This document shows, piece after piece, positions 52,515 to 64,000 of a stretch of 64,000 nt of DNA; the stretch's first letter is position 1; the number at the start of each line of letters is the position of its first letter. Under the pieces are notes generated by a model. That model was not told where the DNA came from, did not search any database, and saw only the letters and a list, made by a program, of their open reading frames with translations. Position numbers and translations under genes: made by a program. Source of the stretch: Eledone cirrhosa (Eukaryota); the NCBI GenBank assembly GCA_964016885.1, contig OZ024747.1:90582001-90646000 (forward strand), read 5' to 3'.

Positions 52515-52772
52515 CCAACCCCTCCCAATGTAAAGTGGTTGTGTTGGTGTCACAACAAAAAAGCACCCAGTCCACACTGTAAAGTGGTCGTGTAGGTGCC
52601 ATGGTAAAAAGGCACCCAGTATTCACTGTAAATGAATTCCAGCTGTAGAAACTAAACTAATCAGTTCCCATATGAGCAAGACATGGTCACCTGACCTGGC
52701 ATTGCCCACAACAGGACATCCCGTCTAACCCATGCTAGCGTGGAAGAATGAACATGAAACGGTGATGATGAT
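52515..52772 (+). mobile_element. RTE-3'UTR-derived short element
   Basis: Shares the ~46-bp subrepeats and the cccgtctaacccatgctagcgtggaa...(TGA)n end with 46750-47149. Confidence 0.7.
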
Positions 52773-52908
52773 ACATACATAATTTAGTACAGTAGTGAAC
52801 CACACTTCTACCCACACCCCACCTCAAATTAACGCGTTCTTGTTCTAAACCCAGTTACTGAACTCACCATCAACTTTTCAACAAAGAACATTCCAAAAAA
52901 TATATACA

Positions 52909-52948
<40 letters not shown>

Positions 52949-53344
52949 CACGCATATATATATACACACACATGTACACATACATATTTATATACATACA
53001 TATGCATTAGTAATTTTTTTTATTCAGAGTTACTATCCTGATAAATATGTTGGGAAAACCCTGTTTTTCGTGTACATTCAAATTATGGTACAGTTTCTAC
53101 AGCTGGATGCCCTTCCAAACAACAGCCACTTCACAGAGTGTACTGGGTGAATTTTATCGTGGAATCAATACTAATGTATTTGTGCATATAGATAATTGGC
53201 TTGGCCTAGATATATTACACTTATTTTCTTAGATCTGGATGAACAAAAGTCAGCAAAAATTTGAATTAAAATGATGGAGTGAGAGACTAGTATTTTCATT
53301 TCTCTCCTGGATACAGCATATGCATGTAATAGTACATGCATGTA

Positions 53345-53651
53345 CAGGGCCGGATTTAATATGGGGCAAAGGGGACAATTGCCCTAGGCCCCCTGCAGTG
53401 GGGGAGGGCGAACTAGCGATGGCCGAAGTAATTTATTTGTGCCCTCTGCCTGGCTTTTTAGTTTTATGATGGTGAAATTTCTTAATTTAATACCTGTAGG
53501 TATAACTTTTCAATTCCAATCACTTGTGCCAAACTGACTTTGATGCAAAAATGGTGGTTTGCTGTGTATTCTAATCATTTTATGTATGAGCCTCCTTTCT
53601 CATCAAAATCTTGAAGAGCGCCAGGCCCCACAAGATCTAAATCCGGCCCTG
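53345..53651. mobile_element. hAT-type MITE with perfect TIRs and TSD
   Basis: TIRs CAGGGCCGGATTTA / TAAATCCGGCCCTG; identical 8-bp TSD TGCATGTA at 53337-53344 and 53652-53659. Confidence 0.9.
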
Positions 53652-54149
53652 TGCATGTACATATGTATTTACTTAAATATAGGCAAACATTTCCTCAAAA
53701 GTTTATTTGTCAGGTATTTGTACATAGAGGTAACATCAGATAATTGACTTGGCTTGAGAATATCTAAAATATTTATTTTATTAAGCATTATTTAAACTCA
53801 GAATAATTATACACCAAAATAGACATGATAAATTAATTATGCCTGCTAGTGACTATTTGCTCTAAAGAATGTTAATATAAGTTGAACTGTACAGAGTGAT
53901 GTTGTCGTCAATGCAATAAATATGACTTTCTCTCATTATATTTATCATCTCTGTGGTGATCAAAGATGATAAGTATAATGTGAAAATTATTATGTATCAA
54001 TTTCTTAGCAAGGAAGTCTGAGACCTAATTTTATTTCCAAGTTAGTTCTCTTTGCACACATCATAAACAATCAAGAAACCTATATTTGCTTATAATAGCT
54101 TCAGATAATTCTAGAAGTTTAATATAGACTCAAGTACTTAATATATGAA

Positions 54150-54475
54150 TCAGACGGCAAATTGGCAGAGTTGTTAGAATGTCAGAACGCTTTATGGTAC
54201 TCATTCCGGCTCTCTACTCTCTGAGTTCAGATCCTGCTGAGGTCAACTTTCATCCTTTCGAGGTCGATAAAAATAAATACCAGTCTAGTACTGGGGTGGA
54301 TTCTTCTTCTATATCTCTTTCTCATTTCCTCTCTCTCTCACTTTCTATCTTTCTCTGGAAGAAATCTGCTGTACTCAGGCCTGGAGAGGGGTGGGCTCTG
54401 CCAGGCTTAAAATGGCCAATAAACGCTGTATGTCAATACAGCACCCCTATGACTCTATCAGGAGTTACAAGACCA
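54150..54475 (+). mobile_element. SINE family A head and core with a different 3' module
   Basis: GAGTTCAGATCC, ctttcatcctttcgaggtcgataaaa, then a CT-rich tract and ggaagaaatctgctg...ccaggcttaaa. Inverted sibling at ~63745-63990. Confidence 0.65.
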
Positions 54476-54818
54476 TACATACACATACATATATGAATCA
54501 TCATCCACATCATATTATGTCTGGTTTCCATCCTGGCATGGGTTTGACAGATTGGCACAGTCTGAAAGTGTGTGAGCTGGTAGTTATTTTTTCTTACTAT
54601 TATCACAAAGCCAATATGTTAATGAATGGATCAAATCTTGCTTTCAGCTGACAGAACATAGACTGCTTATATAATGTTAATATAAATGACTTGAGGGTGG
54701 CAGAAATATAGCTACAATTTTCATAGTACAGATGAGAGCCACTTCAATGACATCACACTGAAATTTCTTTTAGAAAGATAGTACAAGTATTCTTGTGAAA
54801 GGCATAAATATTCGGAAT

Positions 54819-55231
54819 TTAACCTTCATTTACATTACTCTGTATATACTATTATATTTTCATGATAAAGGCTTTATCTCACATAAAATTAAATCTATGA
54901 GATTTTGATATTATTTATTTTAGGGTGGTGGATTGGCAGTATTGTTAGAGGGTCAGACGGCATGCTTTGCAGCATGGAGTCACGGGCCTTTACGATCTGA
55001 GTTCAAATCCCGCCGAGGTTAACTTTGCCTTTAATCCTTACGGGGTCGATAAAATAAAGTACCAATAATGAACTAGGATAATTGCTGGCCTTGTGCCAAA
55101 AGTAGAACCAATTATTTATTTTGAGAACAATACCTTAACAGCAGTATGAGTGGCCAGTTACAGTTGGTTTGAACAGAAAGAGGTGAGAGAATTCTGGCCG
55201 GATATGGCCAGTTTAAATGCTAAAGGGTTAA
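54819..55231 (-). mobile_element. piggyBac-type MITE interrupted by a SINE family A copy (54922-55110, plus strand)
   Basis: MITE ends TTAA|CC.. and ..AAAGGG|TTAA. The SINE is flanked by the 12-bp direct repeat ATTATTTATTTT (54910-54921 and 55111-55122). Confidence 0.85.
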
Positions 55232-55862
55232 ACATAAATCAAATGAGGCTTCGTGTCTATGTGAAAACTACAAATTCTATTGTCTTCAGTTGTTTCAATG
55301 ACTGAAATCAAACCACAATTATCCTAACTATTTGTTCCAGAGTACTATCAATACATAGGTTGACACGGACACATTTCCAGTGTAATGTATATAAGAGAAA
55401 AGAAAGTGATTTGTTACTATTGGTCTCAATTAGCACCCAAGTTTCAATCACTGCAGTCTTTTGTAAAATGATTTGAACGAAATGCATCTGATATCAGTAA
55501 CAAAATATTTGACATAGTAAAAAGTAAAATTGGTTTAAACATATGGCATGTTGCAATATTGCACCACACTTGGGAATTAAAGAGATGAAATTTCAAATAT
55601 GATCCATAATTGAATGGATGTTATTCCAGAGGGAGTGTAGGGTAATTTATTTTCAATTTCTGTTTTTACTCCCATACAAACCTCGGAGGGACGGTTCTCA
55701 CAAATTGGGACATTTACATAATGTTGGAATAATTTTCACTTTTTAGACAGTTCATAGTTAACCACTGAACCATAGAGATTCATGTAATCTAGACAAATAG
55801 AGGCAGAGTTATGTGCCCTTCCCAAAGACCTTATAACACATTGATTGTAGTATGCTTTAAAC

Positions 55863-56416
55863 CAGAGATTCTCAAACGTTTTGGGTCGCCCCCACCCCCC
55901 TTATGGCCACATAATACCCTCAGCACCACCCAAACTTATTTCCAGAGAGACCTGCCTACATGTAAATTGTAAATAAAATATAATAAATAAAATCGTTAAT
56001 ATATAATAAATAGTATAATTCGTTTTTGAATTTGTTTTGTGAGATTTCTTATCTGAAAACGTGTGTTAAAACAAATATTGTTATACTTTGGGAGGGTCAT
56101 CTTGTCAATAAAAACACATGCACCTGTTGGATTTCACTTCAATTTATTATAAATTTCCGGTTTGTTGGTTGGTTTGATAACCAGAAGGTAGTTTATCTAT
56201 TGTCAAAGCTCTTTCGTCACACATAAATATTATATATTTTTATTTTACTATATCTATATATAATATGTATCACTTGATATTTAATATACTATGATATCAT
56301 CTCTACCATCCTCCCCCTCCACCACCCCCTTAGGCCCCAACGCTCCCTGGACCTTTGCAACGCCCCCCCCCCCCCCCCCGGGAGGGGGTCAGTAGCACCC
56401 ACTTTGATAACCTCTG
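55863..56416. mobile_element. hAT/Charlie-type non-autonomous element
   Basis: TIRs CAGAGATTCTCAAAC / CTTTGATAACCTCTG; flanks ctttaaac and ttttaaaa; C-rich subterminal motifs. Confidence 0.6.
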
Positions 56417-56971
56417 TTTTAAAAGATATTGGTCCTAATATCTATTTGTCTGTTCCTCAGTCTCTGTATTTTTATATACACACAAACACATTCATTTACA
56501 AATAGAAATACAGACACGTATATACATATGCATGTATACATGTGTGTGTCTGTATGTGTCTGTGTGTGTGTGTGTATATATATACATACATATGTCTGGG
56601 AATTCTGATCTGATGAATTCAGGTGCAAGGCCTGACATTCTTAGATGAACTCCTGCTAGGATCAACTATTAACTATGCAGTTCATTTTCCTCTAGCTGGT
56701 AAAATTGTAAAAAATCCATAACATACTTGCCAATTTATGAGTTTTGCCAACTTCTTAAATTAAAGAAGAAATCAAAGAAGAAACTTTATGTTGTTCCTCA
56801 CCAACTCCTGCTGACAACTGATCATGGTGAAAACGTAGAAGAAGAAAATATACAGGCATACTTTTTGTTTCCTTCGATAATCATTTAGATCAGTTGTTAT
56901 ATATTTTAACCCTTTTGATACCCCTCTGCCTGAAACTGTTCCTAGTTTTATGATATAAAACTGTTTTATTT

Positions 56972-57550
56972 TTAACCCTTTAGCATTTAAACCGTCCGTA
57001 TCTGGCCAGAATCATCTCACCTCTTTCTGTTCAAACTGGCCATAACTGGCTGCTCATACTTATGTTAAAGTATTGTTCTCAAAATATATAATATCAATAT
57101 CTCATAGATTTGATATTATGTGAGAAAGTATTTACCATGAAAATACAATAGTAAATATAAAGTAACGTAAATACTAAAGGGTTAAAGTGCTCATATTTAT
57201 ACTAAAATCTTTCATCTTGATTTTATGTAAGAAACTTATGTAACTAACATCAGCTTGTTAAGTTATATTACTTAACCCTTTAGCATTTAAACTGGCCATA
57301 TCCGTCAAACCGACCATAACTGGCCGCCTATACTTATATTAACCCTTTAATGTTCAAACCGGCCCAAACCGGCCAGAATTCTCTACCTCTCTCTGTTGAA
57401 ACTGGCTGTAACTGGTCGCTCAAACTGATGTTAAGGTATTGTTCTCAAAATAAATACTTTCAAAATCTCACAGATTCGATATTATGTGAGATAAAGCATT
57501 TACCATGAAAATAAAATAGTATATATAGAGTAATGTGAATGCTAAAGGGT
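56972..57550 (+). mobile_element. Cluster of piggyBac-type MITEs (56972-57185; 57272 with an inner start at 57339)
   Basis: Repeated TTAA|CCCTTTAGCATTTAAAC starts and ...CTAAAGGG ends. Confidence 0.8.
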
Positions 57551-57715
57551 AGTTTAATATTTGGTTAGAGTAACTGTATAACTGGAGTTTTAAAAATATG
57601 GCAGGAAGATGTAATGTCATCTGTGTATGAGGTTGTGTATATTCTGTACATAGAAGCTAAAAACTATTGGGTAAGAGGATATTTCCTTGTGGTACATCAA
57701 ACAACTTTATTTAAC

Positions 57716-57887
57716 AATGGCACAAGGCCAGCAATTACCCAGTCTATTACTGGTACTTTATTTTATCGAGCCCGTAAGGATGCAAGGCAAAGTTAACTTC
57801 GGTGGGATTTGAACTCAGATCATAAAGGGAGGTAACTATGCTTCAAAGCATGGCGCCCGACCCTCTACCGATACTGCCAATCCACCA
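57716..57887 (-). mobile_element. SINE family A copy
   Basis: Conserved core. Confidence 0.8.
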
Positions 57888-58029
57888 ATGTGATAATGGC
57901 ATGGGGATAGATTAATGAATGAGTAGAGTAGATCTATAGAGAGATGTTAAGAGAAACTAGTCTAGCAATCTGACTAAAATACCAATTACTACTGGGAGGG
58001 TAAGCTTAAAAATAGGAATTATAAACAAA

Positions 58030-58196
58030 TAGGTATGATTTCATGGATGGAGGTGGTGAGAACTGGCCCTAGATTGCTGAAGCTCACGGAAGTGATGATG
58101 AAGGACTGTGATGAATGGAGAGATGCTGTGCTGAATAGGACCCGTCCCACCCTTGCAAGCAGGGAAAAGCAGACACAAAATGATGATGATGATGAT
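58030..58196 (+). mobile_element. RTE-clade LINE 3' terminal fragment
   Basis: WMEVVR...LKLTEVMMKDCDEWRDAV followed by (TGA)n. Confidence 0.7.
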
Positions 58197-58570
58197 ATAT
58201 ATATATATATGTCTGCTGACATCACAACTGGATGGTAATACATAACCAGCGACATAACTCTATGATTACATAACTGCACCTATCATGATTGTATAAGCAT
58301 CTGATGAAGTCACATGCATAGCCATGTTACAGAAATATACATTATGCAATAAAGCAATTATGGTGATTTAACTGAAAGTGAAATAGTAAGAGACAGTCAT
58401 AGGTGGAGAGTCTATAAGTTTGAAGAAACAATACTAACAACATTGACAACAGCCTCCACTAAAGAAGCAATTATTAGAAGGCCACTAACAGAGATAGAAC
58501 AGCAGTACTATATATATATAGTTCATGATTTGTACAAAGGTAACATTAGAAAAACAAACAAACAAAAAAC

Positions 58571-58607
<37 letters not shown>

Positions 58608-58739
58608 CAGGCAGATATATTTACAGAGAGTGAGAGAGAGTGAGAGTGAGAAGAAAGGCAAGTAGAGATATATTTACATATATATATATATATATATATA
58701 TGTAGAGAGAGAGAAAGAGAGTAAAGCAGAGATATATTT

Positions 58740-58775
<36 letters not shown>

Positions 58776-58813
58776 GTAGAGAGAGAGAGATAGAGTAAAG
58801 CAGAGATATATTT

Positions 58814-58868
<55 letters not shown>

Positions 58869-59677
58869 CTAATGGTACAATAAAATAGCAGTTAAAGATA
58901 TCAATAGTTTTGGCTGCTGTTCAGGTTTTTATTTGTTTTGTTTTTTTTCCCCTAGAACTTTGCAGATTGTTTATTTTGTTATAGATCTTCATTTGATTAG
59001 GGGGTGGGGAGAAGAGACAGGGGGAGAAATCTTTGTATGATTTGAGGAAGAGTTTAGCTTAAAAAAAAACTAAAAAAAACTACAACTGTAGTAATAAAAA
59101 AAAATAGAATAAAAATATAAGAAAAATGAGCATGAAGAACCATTTTTTCACTTTATTTCTTATTAAATATACTCTATTTCAATTTTGAGAGATTTACTAT
59201 TATCAACTATTAATTATTTCATTACTAAGAAAGGTTTGTATATAAAATTATCTTGGTAGAATTTAAATCAAAAATGACCCTATAAAAATAGGTGGTTTTT
59301 GTTTCAATTTTGAAGGATTTACTAACATTATTAATTATTTCTTATATAAAATTATGTTGGTAGAGTTTAAATAGGCATCCATTAAAACAGATGGCTTTTG
59401 TTTCATAAGATCAAAGCTGGTTTTGGTAGGGTTAGTTTATGAAAAGGGTTAGGGTTAGGGTTTTGGTAGGGTTGGTTTATGAAAAGGGTATAACAGGGAG
59501 AATATTTTTAGAATTATTTCATGTCAAAATAGACAATTGACAGTAGTGATGGGAAAGACAGTTTTACTAGAGGGTTAAATTGACTGATGTTTTATTAAAA
59601 AAATAGGGTAATACAAGCACACATATATATATATGCATGCATATATATATATGTGTGTGTTTATTTATATATAATAA

Positions 59678-60283
59678 TGGTTTCTACTTTAGGCACAAGG
59701 CCTGCAATCTTAAGGGACGGAAAAGTCGATTAAATCGACCCCAGTGCATTACTGGTACTTTATTTTATCGACCCTATAAGGATGAAAGGCAAAGTTAACC
59801 TCGGCGGGATTTGAACTCAGAATGTCAAGGTCCATAACTCTATGCCACTAAACATATTGTCCGACACTCTATTGATTCTGTCAATCCACATAATAATGAT
59901 AATAATAATTGTTTCTACTTTTGGCACAAGGCCAGCAATTATCCCAGTACATTACTGGTACTTTATTTCATCGACCCTGTAAGGATGAAAGGCAAAGTTA
60001 ATCTCAGCGGGATTTGAACTCAGATTATAAAGGGCCATAACTCTATGCTGCAAAGCGTGGCGTCCGACCCTCTATTGATTCTGCCAATCCACATAATAAT
60101 AATAATTGTTTCTACTTTTGGCACAAGACCAGCTATTACCCCAGTGTATTACTGGTACTTTATTTTATCGACCCCGTAAGGATGAAAGGCAAAGTTAACC
60201 TCGGCGGGATTTGAAATCAGAATGGCAAGGGCTGTAACTCAATGCGTCAAAGCATGGCGTCCGACCCTCTACCGATACTGCCA
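59678..60283 (-). mobile_element. Three head-to-tail SINE family A copies separated by short (AAT)n
   Basis: Cores at ~59750, ~59955 and ~60150; spacers cacataataatgataataataat and cacataataataataat. Confidence 0.9.
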
Positions 60284-60334
60284 AATACATATATGCACAC
60301 ACACACACATATATATATACATAAATACACACTC

Positions 60335-60770
60335 ATCATCCTCTAACATAGGTTAGACTTGTCCTGTTGTGAGACAAGCCAGGTCAGATGACCATGTCTT
60401 GCTCATACAGAACTGATTTTGGCTTGGTTTCTATGGCTGGGTGCCCTTCCTAATGCCAACCGCATTTACAATGTGTACTGAGTGCTTTTTGCTGTGACAC
60501 CTACAAACCACTTTACAGTGTGCGATGGGTGCTTTTTGTCGTGATGCCTACACGGCCACTTTTCAGTTTGGACTGGGCACTTTTGGCTGTGTCACATACG
60601 ACCACTTTACAATGTCGGCTGGGCACTTTTTGTTGTGTCACATATACAACCACTTTACAATGTGGGCAGGGTACATTTTGTTGTGTTACATACACAACCA
60701 CTTTATAGTGTGGGCTGGGCACATTTTGTTGTGGTACTAACACGATCACTTTAAAGTGTGGGCTGGAGAC
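60335..60770 (-). mobile_element. RTE-3'UTR-derived element with ~6 internal 46-48-bp subrepeats
   Basis: Repeated accactttacagtgtgggctggg...ttttgttgtg units. Confidence 0.7.
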
Positions 60771-60868
60771 TTGGGCATGGGGAGGTGCATTGGTGAGGGA
60801 TGGGGTGTTAGACACCCACTCACAAATACATAGTTGTTTATATATACATATACATATATATACATACA

Positions 60869-60926
<58 letters not shown>

Positions 60927-61379
60927 AAAGAGTTAAACAAGAATGAGTTTTACAGTAGAAAGCACTCTACAGAGAGAGATTTTCCAGAGCTATTAATATT
61001 AAATTCAAATATTAATAAAATAGATGTTCTTATGATCAATTAAATTTGATTATACATATTTCAGAGGTACTTGAATCAAGTTCAATAGTACGTCTTCATC
61101 AGATAAAATAAAATGATACATGACATACCCTGACATGTTAAATGGTTAAGATTTAATCAAGGTAGTCATAATTTAATATATATATATATATATATAGTAT
61201 TAAGGATACTATTTATGGTTATGTATATACTAAAACCTTTTATAGTTATATATATATTATACCCTAAACAGTGAAAGACAGTCATTTATTACTATCTTAT
61301 TACCAGTAAGATAAATAGCTCAATGTAACAACATCAGTTGTTTTACAGAGCAGTTATATATATATATATAAACATTTAA

Positions 61380-61520
61380 TTGTTTCTACTTTAGGCACAA
61401 GGCCAGCAATTACCCAGTGTATTACTGGTACTTTATTTTATCGACCCCGTAAGGATGAAAGGCAAAGTCAACCTCGGCGGGATTTGAACTCAGATCGTAA
61501 AGATACTGCCAATCCAACGC
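61380..61520 (-). mobile_element. SINE family A copy (internally deleted head)
   Basis: Conserved core. Confidence 0.8.
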
Positions 61521-61684
61521 CCTTGTATGTAATATCATTTAATGTAATATCATTTAATGTCTACTTTCCATGCTGGCAAATGTTGGATGAGGCATCATGC
61601 CCCAATTCAGGTTTTATTCCGAGTTTGTACCTTCCTAGACAGATTGTGGACCACATTATGCACACACACACATACATACACATA

Positions 61685-61732
<48 letters not shown>

Positions 61733-62219
61733 AACAATACTTATAGAGAGTTTAATGTTTACAATTTCACACATTTTAAGCAAGCTACTGAATGTTTTGT
61801 CTCACTATTACATTAACATTATATACTACGCACCACACTGGATATACACCCCTACAACAACAACAGCAGCAGCAGCAGCAGCAACAACAACAACAACAAC
61901 AGCAACAGCAGCAGCAGCAGCAGCAGCTATTACTGCTTGATTCAACATTAAAGTGAAGTAACAGTAACCACCCTGAACTCCTTTAACAGATTCAAGCCAT
62001 TAGCAATGAACTGAGTGTTACTAGGAGAGAGAGAGAGGGTGAGGGGTGAGGTGGGGGTAGGGTGGGGGTGGGACACCTCACCAGATTTTTCCACAAAGTA
62101 ATTTGCTTTAATCAAAGTCATATAAATGTCAGTTAATTACAAGATACATTAGTAACATGCTATTTGTTTATTTTATTCGGCATGTTATCAGGGCAGATTT
62201 ACAAACCACATTCATGAGT

Positions 62220-62254
<35 letters not shown>

Positions 62255-62707
62255 TGGGCGGACACACGGACGCATAGACATACACGAGCAGACGCATGGA
62301 CACATATACACATATGCGCGAACACACGGACACACACATACACACGCACACACACACACATGGGCAGACATACGGACACATACACACACATGAGAGGGCA
62401 CATCGACACATACACATGGACCCATACATATACACACACACATACACATGGGCAGACACACGGACACATACACACATATGGGTGGACATACGGACACATA
62501 CACGTATACACATGGGTGGACATATGGACACATACACATATACACACACATGGGCAGACACACAGACACTACATACATACACAGTCTAACACATGTAGAG
62601 ACACGTGCACGTGCCATTATACACCCTCACAAAACATGCGACCAGGCAAAATGTACTTGTTTGACATTTCAGAAGGGTCAAGTAAGAATGATGCTTTCTA
62701 GAGATGA

Positions 62708-63665
62708 TGTATACAGCATGGTATCATTGATTTAGTACTATTTCGTACTGATATCTCACTGGTATGTATTAGCATTGTATACAGCATGGTATCATTGATT
62801 TAGTACTATTTCGTACTGATATCTCACTGGTATGTATTAGTAATTGTATACAGCACGGTATCATTGCTTTCAGTACTATTTTGTACTGATATCTCACTGG
62901 TATGTATTAGTATTGTATAGAGCATGGTATCATAGCATTCAGTACTATTTTGTACTGATATCTCACTGGTATGTATTAGCATTGTATATAGCATGGTATC
63001 ATAGCATTCAGTACTATTTTGTACTGATATCTCACTGGTATGTATTAGTAATTGTATACAGCACGGTATCATTGCTTTCAGTACTATTTTGTACTGATAT
63101 CTCACTGGTATGTATTAGTATTGTATAGAGCATGGTATCATAGCATTCAGTACTATTTTGTACTGATATCTCACTGGTATGTATTAGCATTGTATATAGC
63201 ATGGTATCATAGCATTCAGTACTATTTTGTACTGATATCTCACTGGTATGTATTAGTAATTGTATACAGCACGGTATCATTGCTTTCAGTACTATTTTGT
63301 ACTGATATCTCACTGGTATGTATTAGTATTGTATAGAGCATGGTATCATAGCATTCAGTACTATTTTGTACTGATATCTCACTGGTATGTATTAGCATTG
63401 TATATAGCATGGTATCATAGCATTCAGTACTATTTTGTACTGATATCTCACTGGTATGTATTAGTATTGTATAGAGCATGGTATCATAGCATTCAGTACT
63501 ATTTTGTACTGATATCTCACTGGTATGTATTAGCATTGTATATAGCATGGTATCATAGCATTCAGTACTATTTTGTACTGATATCTCACTGGTATGTATT
63601 AGCATTGTATACAGCACGGTATCATTGCATTCAGTACTATTTTGTACTGATATCTCACTGGTATG
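62708..63665. repeat. 69-bp tandem satellite, 14 units, with a 208-bp higher-order period
   Basis: ATATCTCACTGG recurs at 62751, 62819, 62889, 62958, 63027, 63097, 63166, 63235, 63305, 63374, 63443, 63512, 63581 and 63650. Confidence 0.95.
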
Positions 63666-64000
63666 AATGTGTATTGAAAACCCTTGATGTATGCATCTAT
63701 ATGTATGTGTATGTATGCATTTGTGTGTCTGTGTGGTATGTATGGTCCCGTAACTCCTGATGGAGCCGCAGTGGTGCCGTATTGATGTATAGTGTTTCTT
63801 GGGCATTTTTTTAAAGCCTGGCAGAGCCCATCCCTCTCCAGGCCTGAGTGCAGCAGATTTCTTCCAGAGAAAGATAGAAAGTGAGAGAGAGGGAATAAGA
63901 AAGAGATATAGGGGAAGAATCCACCCCAGTACTAGACTGGTACTTTTTTATCGACCTAGAAAGGATGAAAGGCGAAGTTGACCTCGGGGAGCAGAGAACC

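Noticed and set aside
56600-56670. CTGATGA followed by a stem (also 15388 and 18426)
   Set aside because: No properly placed GAAA, stem III or stem I; cannot be supported as a hammerhead.
59445-59462. TTAGGG telomeric motif
   Set aside because: Only about two units inside a short local duplication; too short to call an interstitial telomere.
62708-63665. Possible CRISPR array or repeat protein
   Set aside because: Units are contiguous with no unique spacers, there are no cas genes, the context is eukaryotic, and 68/70-bp units break the frame.

Overview
Eukaryotic, AT-rich, microsatellite-saturated genomic DNA. Composition and repeat families suggest a coleoid cephalopod, probably Octopus; this is an inference from memory, not a database result. 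There is one clear host gene: a single-coding-exon C2H2 zinc-finger protein (25496-26950, minus) with five N-terminal fingers and a C-terminal Ikaros/Hunchback-type finger pair. A probable terminal coding exon of an unidentified plus-strand gene lies at 2903-3065. The rest is mobile DNA. (1) A head-to-tail array of five Tx1/L1-clade non-LTR retrotransposon copies (about 40.7-51.9 kb), each bounded on both sides by (GACA/GATA)n and joined in the same repeat phase, which suggests a microsatellite-targeting family; a relative sits in (AAT)n at 28.4-29.0 kb. (2) Several unrelated small (TA)n-embedded fold-back elements carrying type I hammerhead-ribozyme motifs and a shared TTGAGTAC-like box, resembling Penelope-like element ends. 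(3) tRNA-derived SINEs, RTE LINE 3' fragments, and piggyBac-type and hAT-type MITEs. (4) A 69-bp satellite with a 208-bp higher-order period. Most ORFs in the supplied track are microsatellite artefacts. Repeat boundaries were read by eye and may be off by a few bases.
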